DNA of 64,000 bases, from the NCBI GenBank assembly GCA_036172245.1, contig JAYWIR010000081.1, forward strand, positions 62,001-126,000, given 5' to 3'. Positions 1-9,572 of this stretch are shown in pieces. The translations under genes and the position numbers were made by a program. Origin of the DNA: Raillietiella orientalis (taxonomy: Eukaryota). The first letter of the stretch is position 1. Each line of letters opens with the position of its first letter. The notes beneath the pieces were generated by a model. That model made no database searches. It was not told the origin of the DNA and saw only the letters and a list, made by a program, of their open reading frames with translations.

Positions 1-258
1 TTCGAAGATTTGGGAAAGTGGGAAATTCTCTTATTGTGGAGAGTTTGTTCTTTCTGGAATAGGAAGGCCCTGCAAAGTGGAAAGTAGGGTTATGGATAGT
101 ATTTAAACAGCAAATACAAATAGATAAGAGGAAAACACAATAAGGTTAACACAATGGGAAACTGAATTGCTTATTTGACTCTACAGACTGGGCACTAATG
201 TGTTCTGTGATGAAATGTGAAAAGGAGTGGTGATGTTTTGTGATTTACTTTTGTCATT

Positions 259-756
259 CTAGTATTCGTCTTGAGGTAATCTGAAATGCAGCGAGTTTAT
301 TATTATGAAAACTGACTGCAATGTTTTGTAGATGTCAAAGCAAAGAAAGTTCTTGGAAATTCTAATATGGAATTGCTGATATGGAGACTGCCTTTTCAGA
401 GGCTCGGCTGCAGGCTGTACCTCCTCATGCTGCCTCAGTCTCACGGCCCTTGGAAGCCTACGTTCAAATTTTCTGATAGCCTCGTATAATTTCGATCTAA
501 TGTCCGCTACACGATCTGTTCCGAGTGTTGGGGTTATCATTTCAATGGGTTTTAGCGAAAGTTCTTTCGGCACCTTCGAGCAAAAGGCCTCCCACTCGGG
601 TGAGAAGCCCTCTTTCGACTCGATGGCCTGTTGAGACATATGGGGTGAGAGGCATAGTGCTGATTTAGGGTACACGTTGAGCATGAAGGATCCGAGTCGT
701 CCTAGGGTTGAATCGGCTTCGGAATCATTGAAATTTGTACGAGCCTGGCCAGTCAA
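259..756 (-). CDS. Orphan ORF (165 aa, TTG start) of unknown nature, possibly a decayed viral or mobile gene together with ORF 768..980
   Basis: Long open frame in AT-rich DNA; no motif recognised. Confidence 0.2.
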   Translation of the reverse strand: MTGQARTNFNDSEADSTLGRLGSFMLNVYPKSALCLSPHMSQQAIESKEGFSPEWEAFCSKVPKELSLKPIEMITPTLGTDRVADIRSKLYEAIRKFERRLPRAVRLRQHEEVQPAAEPLKRQSPYQQFHIRISKNFLCFDIYKTLQSVFIIINSLHFRLPQDEY

Positions 757-1339
757 TTATCTTGCTCCTATGTGGTAAAATTTTGCATTAAGCATAATGC
801 CTGCTTACGCCTCTCCCAAGAAGGCGTTAAATTTTCCTTGTTGAAATTGATAAGAGTAGTAACGGAGTTTTCCAGACTTGCATCTTTCAGTTTGGGCGTT
901 TCTGCTGTGGTATTCGTTTGGAGTGGAATGTCATGCATTGAAGTGTACTGTGATATTGTTGCATGAAAAAATTCCAACATGCAACTATTTACTCATTGCT
1001 GATAGTTTAAATTATTCTCATGGCAATTATGATGATAGAAAGTCTGCAGTTATTCAATGTTTGAAGCTAAATCAAATTCTTTGGATCTTTAACATGATGT
1101 GTTATGAATCTTGATTTATAATTTCAACTTTTTTGAGGTTTGTGACAGATATTGCACTGAAAGTTGACTGTGCATAAATTTCCATACAGCAAAGGCAAGA
1201 TTTTTTCTTTTTCTTTTGCTAATCGGTATGCTTGGAATCAGAAGTTCCGAAATATGTTGCCTACCCATCTCACTGAACTGCAAATTGTTTTCTTGAAAAG
1301 CATTTGTTAGTATCCTTGGCCCTCACCCAAGTCATCATT

Positions 1340-1845
1340 GTGAATGTGGTGAGGGGGTTGGGGTGTGCTCTGCTTCGTGTAAGGCGGAAGCATTCTTTTA
1401 CAAGATTTATGTTTTTACTATAAAATTTGGTGTGGTTGTTGAGTATGAAGAGTTCGTCGGCGCCATCTTCTATGAGTTGGAGTATCTAGCGGATAGATGA
1501 TTTGCGATTTGGCTTACCACGTCTTGGTAGGCCAAAAATTGGCTCGTAGGATTCGTGTAGTTTCCCGAATATCCAAGCTTGCTTGTCTTCTTTAGTGAAA
1601 TACCGTAAGCTTCTCTGCGGACTGCCTCTAGCTTTTTCAAGATGACTTTTTTGGAAAGTTTTTCTTTTTAATCCTGGTAGTGTTCGAGGTTCTTTTAGCT
1701 GGAAGAATCCTTGAAGGTGTGGTGTTCCGGTTTTTGCGATCTCTTTGCCTATGCATGCAAAGAAGCAGTTAAGTCGGCACTAGTTGTTGAGTTCTTTTAA
1801 GTCGTCTTCGGTAAAGCACCAGTTGAAGAAGAGTGCGTAAGGCAT
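1340..1845 (-). pseudogene. rep: Degenerate N-terminal half of a CRESS-virus Rep (virus 2)
   Basis: Manual translation from ATG 1845: MPYALFFNWCFT...IGKEIAKTGTPHLQGFFQL...HLEKARGSPQRSLRYFTKED...ILQLIEDGA...KFYSKNINLVKECFRLTRSR. RCR motifs I/II/III are present and colinear with the Rep at 4015. There is an internal stop and no helicase half. Confidence 0.9.
1486..1517 (-). other. Putative rep intron of virus 2 (GTAAG...TAG, 32 nt)
   Basis: Same position as the virus 1 intron (YQDV|ILQLI); canonical ends. Confidence 0.65.
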
Positions 1846-1897
1846 TCTGAAATTCACTGTAAGTGCGACTTGTTTGTGGTTGTCTGCGTGTTGGTAT

Positions 1898-3493
1898 TTA
1901 TACTGCGTAACTGCGCAGAAGATGCAATCTGGTCAATAGTATTACCCAGATTGCATGCAGCTGACAAGGCAAAACCTTGGGAAAACCTTGGCAAAACCCG
2001 GCTTCTTCAGCGAGCATCATAACTCCCAAGCAGCCCTTGCTGACCGGACCGTATGGATATTCGGTCGAGGAGGCCTGGGTCAAGGGGAGGATTTCCTCTT
2101 TCAGCGCCTTTCGGATGATTTGGTCGAGCGATTGCCAGAGGGCTTTCCGCTTCGAGCCCATTCGGAGGGCGTGCACAAAGGCTAGGAACACAAACGTCTT
2201 TAAGGCGTCCAGCTTTTGCCATGGCGCAAGGGGACAGTCCATCACTTTGGCCACGCTGCCAGTAATGTCTTCGAGCGCATGGCTGTGCATGGCATCGAAG
2301 CCTACGGGCTTTCCTTCGTAACTATATGTACCGCTATCATTGAGCACGGGGATGGGTTCCCCTGTTATGTTGAATTGCTCACGCCCAAGAGTCTTGGGAG
2401 TTCGGGGATCGTAGTGCAGGGACGAGCACTTCTTGGCATTGATGGTGAGGCCCAGGCGAATAGCCATGTAGCGTGCCGCATTCAACGCCGCGTGTAGTGT
2501 TTGTGCGTCCTCAGCGAGGATGACGAGGTCATCCGCGTAAGCGAGCACCTTGATTCTGGGCACGTGGTGTTTGATCCCTTGGCACAGTGGCTCGATTGCG
2601 ATATCAAAAAGCAGTCCGGATAGCGGGCATCCCGGTTTCACGCCCCTACATATGTGTATTGGAGGTGAGAGACCGGCAGACGTTACGATCTGTGTGATGT
2701 TGTCTGTGTGCATTTCGCACACGAGTTCCACGAAACGATCACCGGCACCCGCACATTGGAGGGAACACAAAAGCTGTGAATGGGGGATGGATGCAAATGC
2801 ATCCAGCCAGGCAGCGCACACGGTTCGATGGTGGCGCTTGCTGTATTCGATCAAGTGCGATAGTATGAAATTGTGTTCGAGGACACCATCGAAAGGGAGG
2901 AAGCCCTTTTGGTGTGGGCTGAGAATGTTATTCTGTAAGATCCAGTCCCTCACTCGGCGGGCCACGCACTTGGTAAAGATTTTCCCTATCGTGCGGCTGA
3001 TGATAATCGGGCAGGCCCAAGGGAGCAGGAGTCCTGAGTCATCAATCATCCATGGACACAATTTGGTCGCTTCAGATTTGCTTATGTTTTTGATAATCCA
3101 TCTGTCACTGGACATCTTGGAGTAGTCAGGTTCCCAGTTACTGAAGACTACTATGTGTGGAGGCTCGAAGTATTTGATGGATCCTTGATATTTGGAATGG
3201 AAGATGATTCCGTTTTTAAAGGTCTCTATGAATCCATACTGAACTATTTCTTGGTTGTCCCTTGTGAGGTCTACAACTATAATCCTTTCGCCATGATAAA
3301 TGTGTGCTGCATCAGCTTTTTTGCAGCTGTGCATGTAGATTGCTGATTTTTTAAGATAGAGGAATTTGGCGAAGGTGGTTTTGCCGATTCCTCCTATGGG
3401 GTCGTAGAACCAGTGTATTTTCCTGGGATTTGGTGTGGTTCTGATGATTTTAAGTATGTCCATTTGCCAATTTCTGAGTTGTAGGTTTGCCAT
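1898..3493 (-). CDS. Chimeric ORF: CRESS Rep SF3 helicase fused in frame to a NeSL/Utopia-like RT domain, with a tail read through the virus 2 origin
   Basis: Walker A GGIGKT, Walker B IVVD, motif C VFSN, then HQKGFLPFDGVLEHN, GCPLSG, YADD, LAPWQK in one 531-aa frame. Confidence 0.85.
   Translation of the reverse strand: MANLQLRNWQMDILKIIRTTPNPRKIHWFYDPIGGIGKTTFAKFLYLKKSAIYMHSCKKADAAHIYHGERIIVVDLTRDNQEIVQYGFIETFKNGIIFHSKYQGSIKYFEPPHIVVFSNWEPDYSKMSSDRWIIKNISKSEATKLCPWMIDDSGLLLPWACPIIISRTIGKIFTKCVARRVRDWILQNNILSPHQKGFLPFDGVLEHNFILSHLIEYSKRHHRTVCAAWLDAFASIPHSQLLCSLQCAGAGDRFVELVCEMHTDNITQIVTSAGLSPPIHICRGVKPGCPLSGLLFDIAIEPLCQGIKHHVPRIKVLAYADDLVILAEDAQTLHAALNAARYMAIRLGLTINAKKCSSLHYDPRTPKTLGREQFNITGEPIPVLNDSGTYSYEGKPVGFDAMHSHALEDITGSVAKVMDCPLAPWQKLDALKTFVFLAFVHALRMGSKRKALWQSLDQIIRKALKEEILPLTQASSTEYPYGPVSKGCLGVMMLAEEAGFCQGFPKVLPCQLHAIWVILLTRLHLLRSYAV
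1922..1956 (+). promoter_or_regulatory. CRESS rolling-circle origin stem-loop (virus 2)
   Basis: 11-bp stem ATGCAATCTGG/CCAGATTGCAT around nonanucleotide TAGTATTAC (1937-1945). Confidence 0.93.
1968..1998 (+). repeat. Iteron-like direct repeats AAAACCTTGG (two full, one partial)
   Basis: Adjacent to the origin; GGCAAAACCTTGG also lies next to the virus 1 origin at 4142-4154. Confidence 0.7.
1999..3012 (-). mobile_element. NeSL/Utopia-like non-LTR element copy A, RT portion (3' truncated at virus 2)
   Basis: Colinear with the RT of 9689..12418 from RPIxISRT to LAEEA. Confidence 0.9.
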
Positions 3494-4015
3494 TGGATTT
3501 GGATGTCTTCTGCTTCTTGTTAGTCTGAAGCATTCCTTGACGAAGTTAATATTCTTTGAGTAGAATTTTGTATGCTGTTCTAGGGTGTCGAGTTCTGTTG
3601 CTCCGTTTTTGATAAGTTGTAGTATCTGGAAGTTATGTGTATTAGTTTGGTCAAGTTTTTAAAAAAAGATATGTACCATGTCTTGATAGTCGTTGGTTTC
3701 TTTGTGTTCTTGGATTAGTCCATAGGTCCAAGCTTGGTGGTCTTCTTTGGTGCAGTACCGTAAGTTGCTCTGTGGGCTTCCTTTTGCCCTTTCGAGGTGC
3801 GCTTTTTCAAGTGGTGGTCTCTTCAAACTCGGTAAAGTCCGTGGATCTCGGAGTTGGAAATAGCCCTGTAGATGTGGTGTGCCGGTGCTTGCAGTTTCTT
3901 TTCCGATAACTGCGAATGTGCAGTGTCGTCTGCACCAGTCTTTTATCAGGAGTAGTTCGTTTTCTAAGTAGTTGCATAGGGTGAAGCACCAGTACATGAA
4001 GTGTCCGTAAGGCAT
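3013..4015 (-). CDS. rep: Replication-associated protein (HUH endonuclease + SF3 helicase), spliced; native C-terminal tail at 5269-5232
   Basis: CFTLCN, PHLQG, YCTK; GGIGKT, IVVD, VFSN; the only stop (3659-3661) lies inside a GT-AG intron. Confidence 0.9.
3626..3676 (-). other. Putative 51-nt rep intron (GTACAT...ACTAAT...TTCCAG)
   Basis: Canonical ends and branch-point-like CTAAT; removal deletes the in-frame TAA; position shared with virus 2. Confidence 0.75.
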
Positions 4016-4095
4016 GGTGTGGTTGGTAATTCTGTCGAGGTGAGACTGGTTTGTGCCTCTTGTTGTGGTGGTATAAATACTTGGTAGCTACGCAG

Positions 4096-4133
4096 TAGAT
4101 GCTATCTGGTTAGTATTACCCAGATAGCATCTA
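4096..4133 (+). promoter_or_regulatory. CRESS rolling-circle origin stem-loop (virus 1)
   Basis: 14-bp perfect stem TAGATGCTATCTGG/CCAGATAGCATCTA with TAGTATTAC at 4111-4119. Confidence 0.95.
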
Positions 4134-4300
4134 GCTTATTCGGCAAAACCTTGGAAATTGTGTCAGATTGCAAGTTTTTTATGAGGGTGTCTGGTTCATG
4201 TCCGCAGTCGTGGAGGACTTAGGAATGCGGAACAAGATGTACTTGTCCACGTGTGGAGGTCGTGGCATGATCCGACGTCGTGGAAGACTTAGGGAGTCGG

Positions 4301-5194
4301 ATGGCGTGTCGCCACCAGCCTCATAGTGTAGGGGGGAAGGGGCTCTATGTAGCTCGCAGCGGCTATTCGACTTTCAAGAAGCCCAGACGTCCGTATAATC
4401 GTCGTCGGCGTTTGCGATTGTATCGCAGTCCGCGAAGTCGTCTGTCTCTTGCGAGGCGCGTGGTATCGCGTGATATAATGTTAAATGCGCAGCATTATGC
4501 ATCGTTGAGGTCTGCTGACGGAGATTATGTAAATTGTTCTTGGATGTTTACGTATTCGGAGAGTGCTGGAAATCTGCAAAGTATACTGACGGAATTGAAT
4601 TTGCAAGAGTTTGGTCGTTATTATCGATATGTAAGGTTGCGTGGAATGTCTATGAAGATCGAACCGCTGTCTTTGGGTTTAACGATAGGAAATATGGCCG
4701 AAGAATTCGGGATGAAAGTGTCTTATCGGAATCTTTTATTGTATCAGTCTCACAATCAGGGTGAATTTTTTGGATCGCTTGCAGGAATGCCTGATCACAA
4801 GGTGGAAGATGTGATAAGTGGTCATAAGGAAACGAGCGGCTGTTTAGTTCGTTATTTCGGTGTTCGTGGAATACGGCTGTATTCCAGGGCGTATATAAGG
4901 AAGGATATGCATTGTTATGGAGGGAATTTGGAGCGTTATGTGCGTTGTACTTGGGTTGATTGTGGTTTTGGTTCTCGTTTGGATCAAGAGTTGCTGGTGG
5001 AAATGTTTATGAATCGTATGCATGTGATGAAGCATATGTCAGGTATGGATATCCCAGATTCGATAAAGCAAGGTTGTCAGTCTGGTGTATGTCCTAAAAA
5101 TGGATTGTTAACTCAGGGTTGGCCTATTTACAGACTGACTCGAACGTTTTATGTGGAATTCAAACATCTAAGAGACCCTACCCTGTATACTTGA
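4301..5194 (+). CDS. cap: Putative capsid protein (297 aa from ATG 4301; GTG 4280 alternative)
   Basis: Arg-rich N-terminus (RRPYNRRRRLRLYRSPRSR), FGRYYRYVRLRG motif, divergent from rep across the origin. Confidence 0.85.
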   Translation: MACRHQPHSVGGKGLYVARSGYSTFKKPRRPYNRRRRLRLYRSPRSRLSLARRVVSRDIMLNAQHYASLRSADGDYVNCSWMFTYSESAGNLQSILTELNLQEFGRYYRYVRLRGMSMKIEPLSLGLTIGNMAEEFGMKVSYRNLLLYQSHNQGEFFGSLAGMPDHKVEDVISGHKETSGCLVRYFGVRGIRLYSRAYIRKDMHCYGGNLERYVRCTWVDCGFGSRLDQELLVEMFMNRMHVMKHMSGMDIPDSIKQGCQSGVCPKNGLLTQGWPIYRLTRTFYVEFKHLRDPTLYT

Positions 5195-5269
5195 AAAATG
5201 GAAAACTTGCAATGGAATGTACTTTTATTTATCAACTTCTGGTGAGGGGGGTGACAAAGTGGAGCATGT

Positions 5270-7540
5270 GAAACTGAGTTATGTCTTCAGTGGCCTGGTC
5301 TTTCGCCTTGGGGATGAGGGTGGTCCTGGATTCTTTCCACTCGGCCGGTATGCGCCGATGGTGGAGGCAGAGGTTGAATATGGCACACAGGAACCGACAG
5401 TCTGGGTCCATTCTGCGGAACGCAGGGTATGCAATCCCATCAGCGCCTGGCGCTGTGTCCTCACATTGCCTGAGGCAGTTGGCAATCTCGGCCTCCGTGA
5501 AGGGGGAGAGGTCCACTTCCTCATGTTGGGGACCTAGTTGTGCAGTCCATGACAGGGGGCGAAAGCCCGGAGTTGCACCAAACAGGGCGGTGTAGTGTTG
5601 GAGGATTTGATCCGGGTCCGCTGTACAGACATTAGGAGTGCCGTCCATGATTTGGCGGATCGCTCGTCGTCTGTTTCTGCCATGAAAGAGCTGAATATAT
5701 TGCGGTGTCAACACACTCTGCCTGGTGTCAGGCCTCGGCACCGTAAAGGGGCGAAGCCGTAAGTGGTGCTGGATGGTTTGATAGGTCGTCGACAGTACCC
5801 TGATCGCAAGTCCCCAGTGGTCCACCGTTGGGGCTCTATGCGAGAGGTTGTCTAAGGTTTGGACAGCCTCCTGAAGTAGGAGGCGCGACTCAGTTCGCCT
5901 AGGCACTGGTTGTCGTCGCACTGTTTGGGGATGGGTTCCAGTTGTAGGTGAATGGCCGGTCCTCATGCCGGGTGAGTCCCTTCCCTCTTGCTCGCCTTCA
6001 TCTTCTAGCAGGGCGAATCGGGAACCTGTCGCTCGCGACGCCGGAGCGGTGTTCCGCATCCGTGCTGGGCGGGTGCGTTCCCGTACGACACCGCCGTGAG
6101 GCCGAGTGTTTCAGACGGATCTCCTCGGTTGTCTTCGACGGTTCTGGACTGTAGGCCACCCTTGATCTTGAGACGGGTCAGGGGGAGGCGGCGCAGCTGG
6201 TATCAGTGTTGCAACGTCTGGGGATGCCCTAACGCTTGATTCGGCTGTGGCCTTGCTCCGCGGTGGGAGCTGCCTGCGTTCTTTAGCGGACACTGTTGTG
6301 TTCCTGCCCTTGCCGACACCAGGTCACGTTGGCGTTCGTACTCCCGAGCAATCGCGTTTTGCAGCGCGCATGATTTGTCAGTGCCTTTCTGTTGAAGAAG
6401 GCTTGGCCACAGTTTCGCTCTTGGCAGCGGATAGGTGCCGGGGGTATCACTGGGGCCACTGTCGAACCACATCGGTGGTGCCAGACAGGGATGGACATTC
6501 GCTGATTGCAGCGCCGGCAGAGGAGATGGGTTGCACGTACCGGTATGTGATGCGCGGTCTGTATTTGGCGTCTCAAAGACCCCAACAACCGCTTGGGTGC
6601 CATCCCAGAGGTGGCCCATCGGCATCGTGGTAACGGGCATTCCATGATCCGGGTCGTCGGGTGAAAGACAATGAGAACGTCCTCCCACGTCAGGATGGAT
6701 GCTGTGGTGTCTCGGCTTTCCATCGGTGGTGGCTCAAAGCTTACCGTGGGAGCCTGTGCTGGGACCTCTGGAACGGTGTCACCGTTTACGTGGTTCCCGG
6801 GCGAGCGCATTCTAGCATTCGTCCCAGGTGGACGTTGCGGTTCATTCCGCGAGCGCACTTGAGCTTCTGCACGTGCCGTTTGCTCGATTGGCACGCGGTT
6901 CGTGTGTGTCGGGCCTGATGGCTCAACCACTGCACTGCGGCTGCCGTTTCCACGTCCTGGCACACTGTCTCAGTCGCTCAAACCGAGGAATGATGGGTCT
7001 GCGCGGTCTTCGCTTGGACTCGACCGCACGTACGTACGCTGCATGTACGGGAGACGGCGGAGGAGGTGAGCGCGGGACATTGACACGCACTGCAGCCCCC
7101 GGTGACAGCTCTTGCATCAGGTCCATGCCAGTTTGTGAGAGAGGCTACCGTCAGTGTCGAGTGCCCGGATTGAAGGGAGTGTTGCTCTACTCTGGGCAGG
7201 GAGTGAGGAGGATGTTGGGCTGACTGGTTGGCTGAATTGTTCGATTTCGGCGGCACACAATGATGTCACAGAACCACAAGCTGGTATCGTGCTGTTATGC
7301 CGATGAGCTGTGGTGGAGGACTGGCTGCTCCGAGTACGGTGGGCGAGAGTAGCCGTATGTCCTGCGTGCTGGGCGAATTGGGAGGCAGGTGTTCGTCGAG
7401 CAGCGATGTGGCTGTCGATGGAGATTGTGTTGGGCGTGACTCGTCCATGCTTCCAGTCGTCCTTCCAGGCCCTTGTCTGGGCGTGCTCTGGCATGCAGGG
7501 GGCTGAAGCCCAAACCAGTTGCCCAAACCAGTGCCATGCT
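5270..7540 (-). mobile_element. NeSL/Utopia-like element copy A, N-terminal part (zinc fingers, pre-RT region), frameshifted
   Basis: CPLPRC...H, CRRC...HHRC, CQERNC...H; EDTAPGADGI, EWKESRTTLIPK; homologous to 21186..23201. Confidence 0.88.
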
Positions 7541-7544
7541 GCTT

Positions 7545-7679
7545 TCGAACGCTTCGCCTATCGGGAGGAAAGGGAATCTGTTACTTATTCCGGAACCTGG
7601 CATCGAAGAGGAGTGGGAGATTACCCGCGGACGCCGCCTTCGCCGCTGCCTGCCTTCCTCGCGAAGCAGCAGCAGCGTC
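7545..7679 (+). rRNA. Degenerate 28S rRNA fragment (D7 region)
   Basis: GAAAGGGAATCTGTTACTTATTCCGGAACC resembles the conserved 28S core; 7641-7679 is identical to 8679-8717. Confidence 0.6.
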
Positions 7680-8629
7680 TGCAAATTAATTAAAATAAAT
7701 TATTAAATATACAAATAATACGGCCAAAATATTGGGAAACACTCTGGAATGCCAAATCAAGTTAATTGAAACAGCAGAAAATTAGGGAAAATTGATTTAT
7801 ATCCATATGGGAAATTTAAAGGTAATGACGACATATACAGGAGAGCCAGGCCGGATCGATAAAACCTAGTTGTGATATTCACAGTAAGAAGGCAACACGA
7901 GTTTTTTGAAAAATACGAATTAAATTAATGTAAATAGTAATGGATTGATAAATTAGATTTGAAATGTAATCAGACGTGACAATATTCAAGTTGCAGTCGA
8001 AAAAATCGTCTGTATTTACAGAAGATAGAATTTAAGTAAAACAAAGTTTAGTTGAAAATCCCAGTTGCAGATGGCAGTACAGAATTTCTTAGATTTTCAT
8101 TTAAATTTATTGAATTAATTTGAGATTTTGACAAACAAAAAAATGCAAAAATACACGTTTTGTAGTATGAAATAAATTATCAATTATTAATTTAATCCAA
8201 AATATGTCAAATAAAAAAGTTCAAATTTTGGTCGAATGCTTACGCGTTACCAAGTAACGCGATCGCAAGACCAAGTAAATTTTCAATGGATTCTCGAATT
8301 CAAAAGGAATTTCATCAAAGTTAGATCTTCAATTTAGGTAATTTTAACCAGATAATTGAAGACAGGGCTTCAAGTTATCTGGTTATAGAAACGGTGGTAA
8401 ATTGGATTACGAAACTTACTTTCTTACCTTATTGACGAAACCACACAAACACTTCAAATTTATATAATTTGCTATTTTCTGGAGAGAAAATAACAAAATT
8501 TAGTACAAATGTACTCCAATCTTGCAATTGCAAGGTAAAATACACTTCGTGTGACTACGAACACACAAGAAAATTGAAAAAATACAATTTTCCAATGTTA
8601 CCGAGCGGAGCGACGCGGGAACACGTCCG
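7680..8629 (-). mobile_element. Isolated 5' UTR fragment of a copy-B-type element
   Basis: Homologous to about 17730-18608 (shared hairpin, splice donor, TTGCAATTGCAA palindrome, terminal ACACGTCCG). Confidence 0.8.
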
Positions 8630-8678
8630 AACGCTGCGACGGCGGCGGTGACTGACCTAAGAGAGTCACGCGAACCGA

Positions 8679-9496
8679 CGCCGCTGCCTGCCTTCCTCGC
8701 GAAGCAGCAGCAGCGTCGGTTCGCGTCGCGGCGGGGAGGGAATCCGCTTGTCGCTGCAAAGCAAACGAGCTCGGAGACGTCGAACTCGGAACCCCGGGAA
8801 GAGTTTTCTTTTCTGCATAAGGGATTGCCTCGTACCCTGGAATCGGCTCGTACGGAGAGAGGGTCGGGCTCCCGAAGAGCGCCGCGGTTCTTGCGGCGTC
8901 CGGAAGGCTCCGTTCGGCCCTGGAAAATCCGAGTGAGGTAGAACGAATCTCGTGCCAGATCGTACCCATATCCGCAGCTGGTCTCCAAGGTGAACAGCCT
9001 CTAGACGATAGAATAATGTAGGTAAGTGAAGTCGGCAAACCAGATCCGTAACTTCGGGAGAAGGATTGGCTCTGAGGGTCGGGCCGGTCGGGCTTGGCCG
9101 GGAAACGGTAGTGGTTTCCTCGCCGTGGCCGGGAGCTAACGGGAGATCGGCGTTTCCTCGCTCGGTCGGGGCGCGCGCGTGCCGGCGGGTCCGCTCGGGG
9201 TACGCTCAGCGGCTGCCTGCGGCGCTCGCCGGTCGCGCGTCGTCCTTCGTAGCGATACCCGTCTCCCATCCCGGCCTTGCGCGGGATTCCGACCCGCGGA
9301 ACGGCCTCGCTTGACGCTCCGGTCGGCCGTCGCCCGCCGCCGCGCGCCGTCTTCTTCTCGGCGCGCGGCCGGGCGCTCTGGTCCCGGAGCGTTTCGGCCG
9401 GCATGCAGCGATCGACTCAGAACTGGCACGGACAAGAAGAATCCGACTGTCTAATTAAAACAAAGCATCGCGATGGCCGTTGCCGGTGTTGACGCG

Positions 9497-9528
<32 letters not shown>

Positions 9529-9572
9529 AGTGAAGAGATTCAACCAAGCGCGAGTAAACGGCGGGAGTAACT
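8679..9572 (+). rRNA. 28S rRNA pseudogene fragment ending in the helix 69 loop
   Basis: GTCTCCAAGGTGAACAGCCTCTAG, GATCCGTAACTTCGGG, GAATCCGACTGTCTAATTAAAACAAAGCAT, GTAAACGGCGGGAGTAACT. Confidence 0.96.

Larger units (their letters stand above)
3013..5269. mobile_element. Endogenous unit-length CRESS DNA virus genome (virus 1, 2,257 bp, ambisense)
   Basis: rep (-), origin and cap (+); joining the two ends restores the rep C-terminus, a stop and an AATAAA. Confidence 0.92.

Noticed and set aside
1898..3493. Bacterial retron, DGR or helicase-RT defence system; Helitron
   Set aside because: The RT is a piece of the local non-LTR family and the helicase is a viral SF3, not PIF1
3656..3667. Programmed frameshift or homopolymer error in rep
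   Set aside because: The two rep halves are in the same frame; an intron shared with virus 2 explains the stop better
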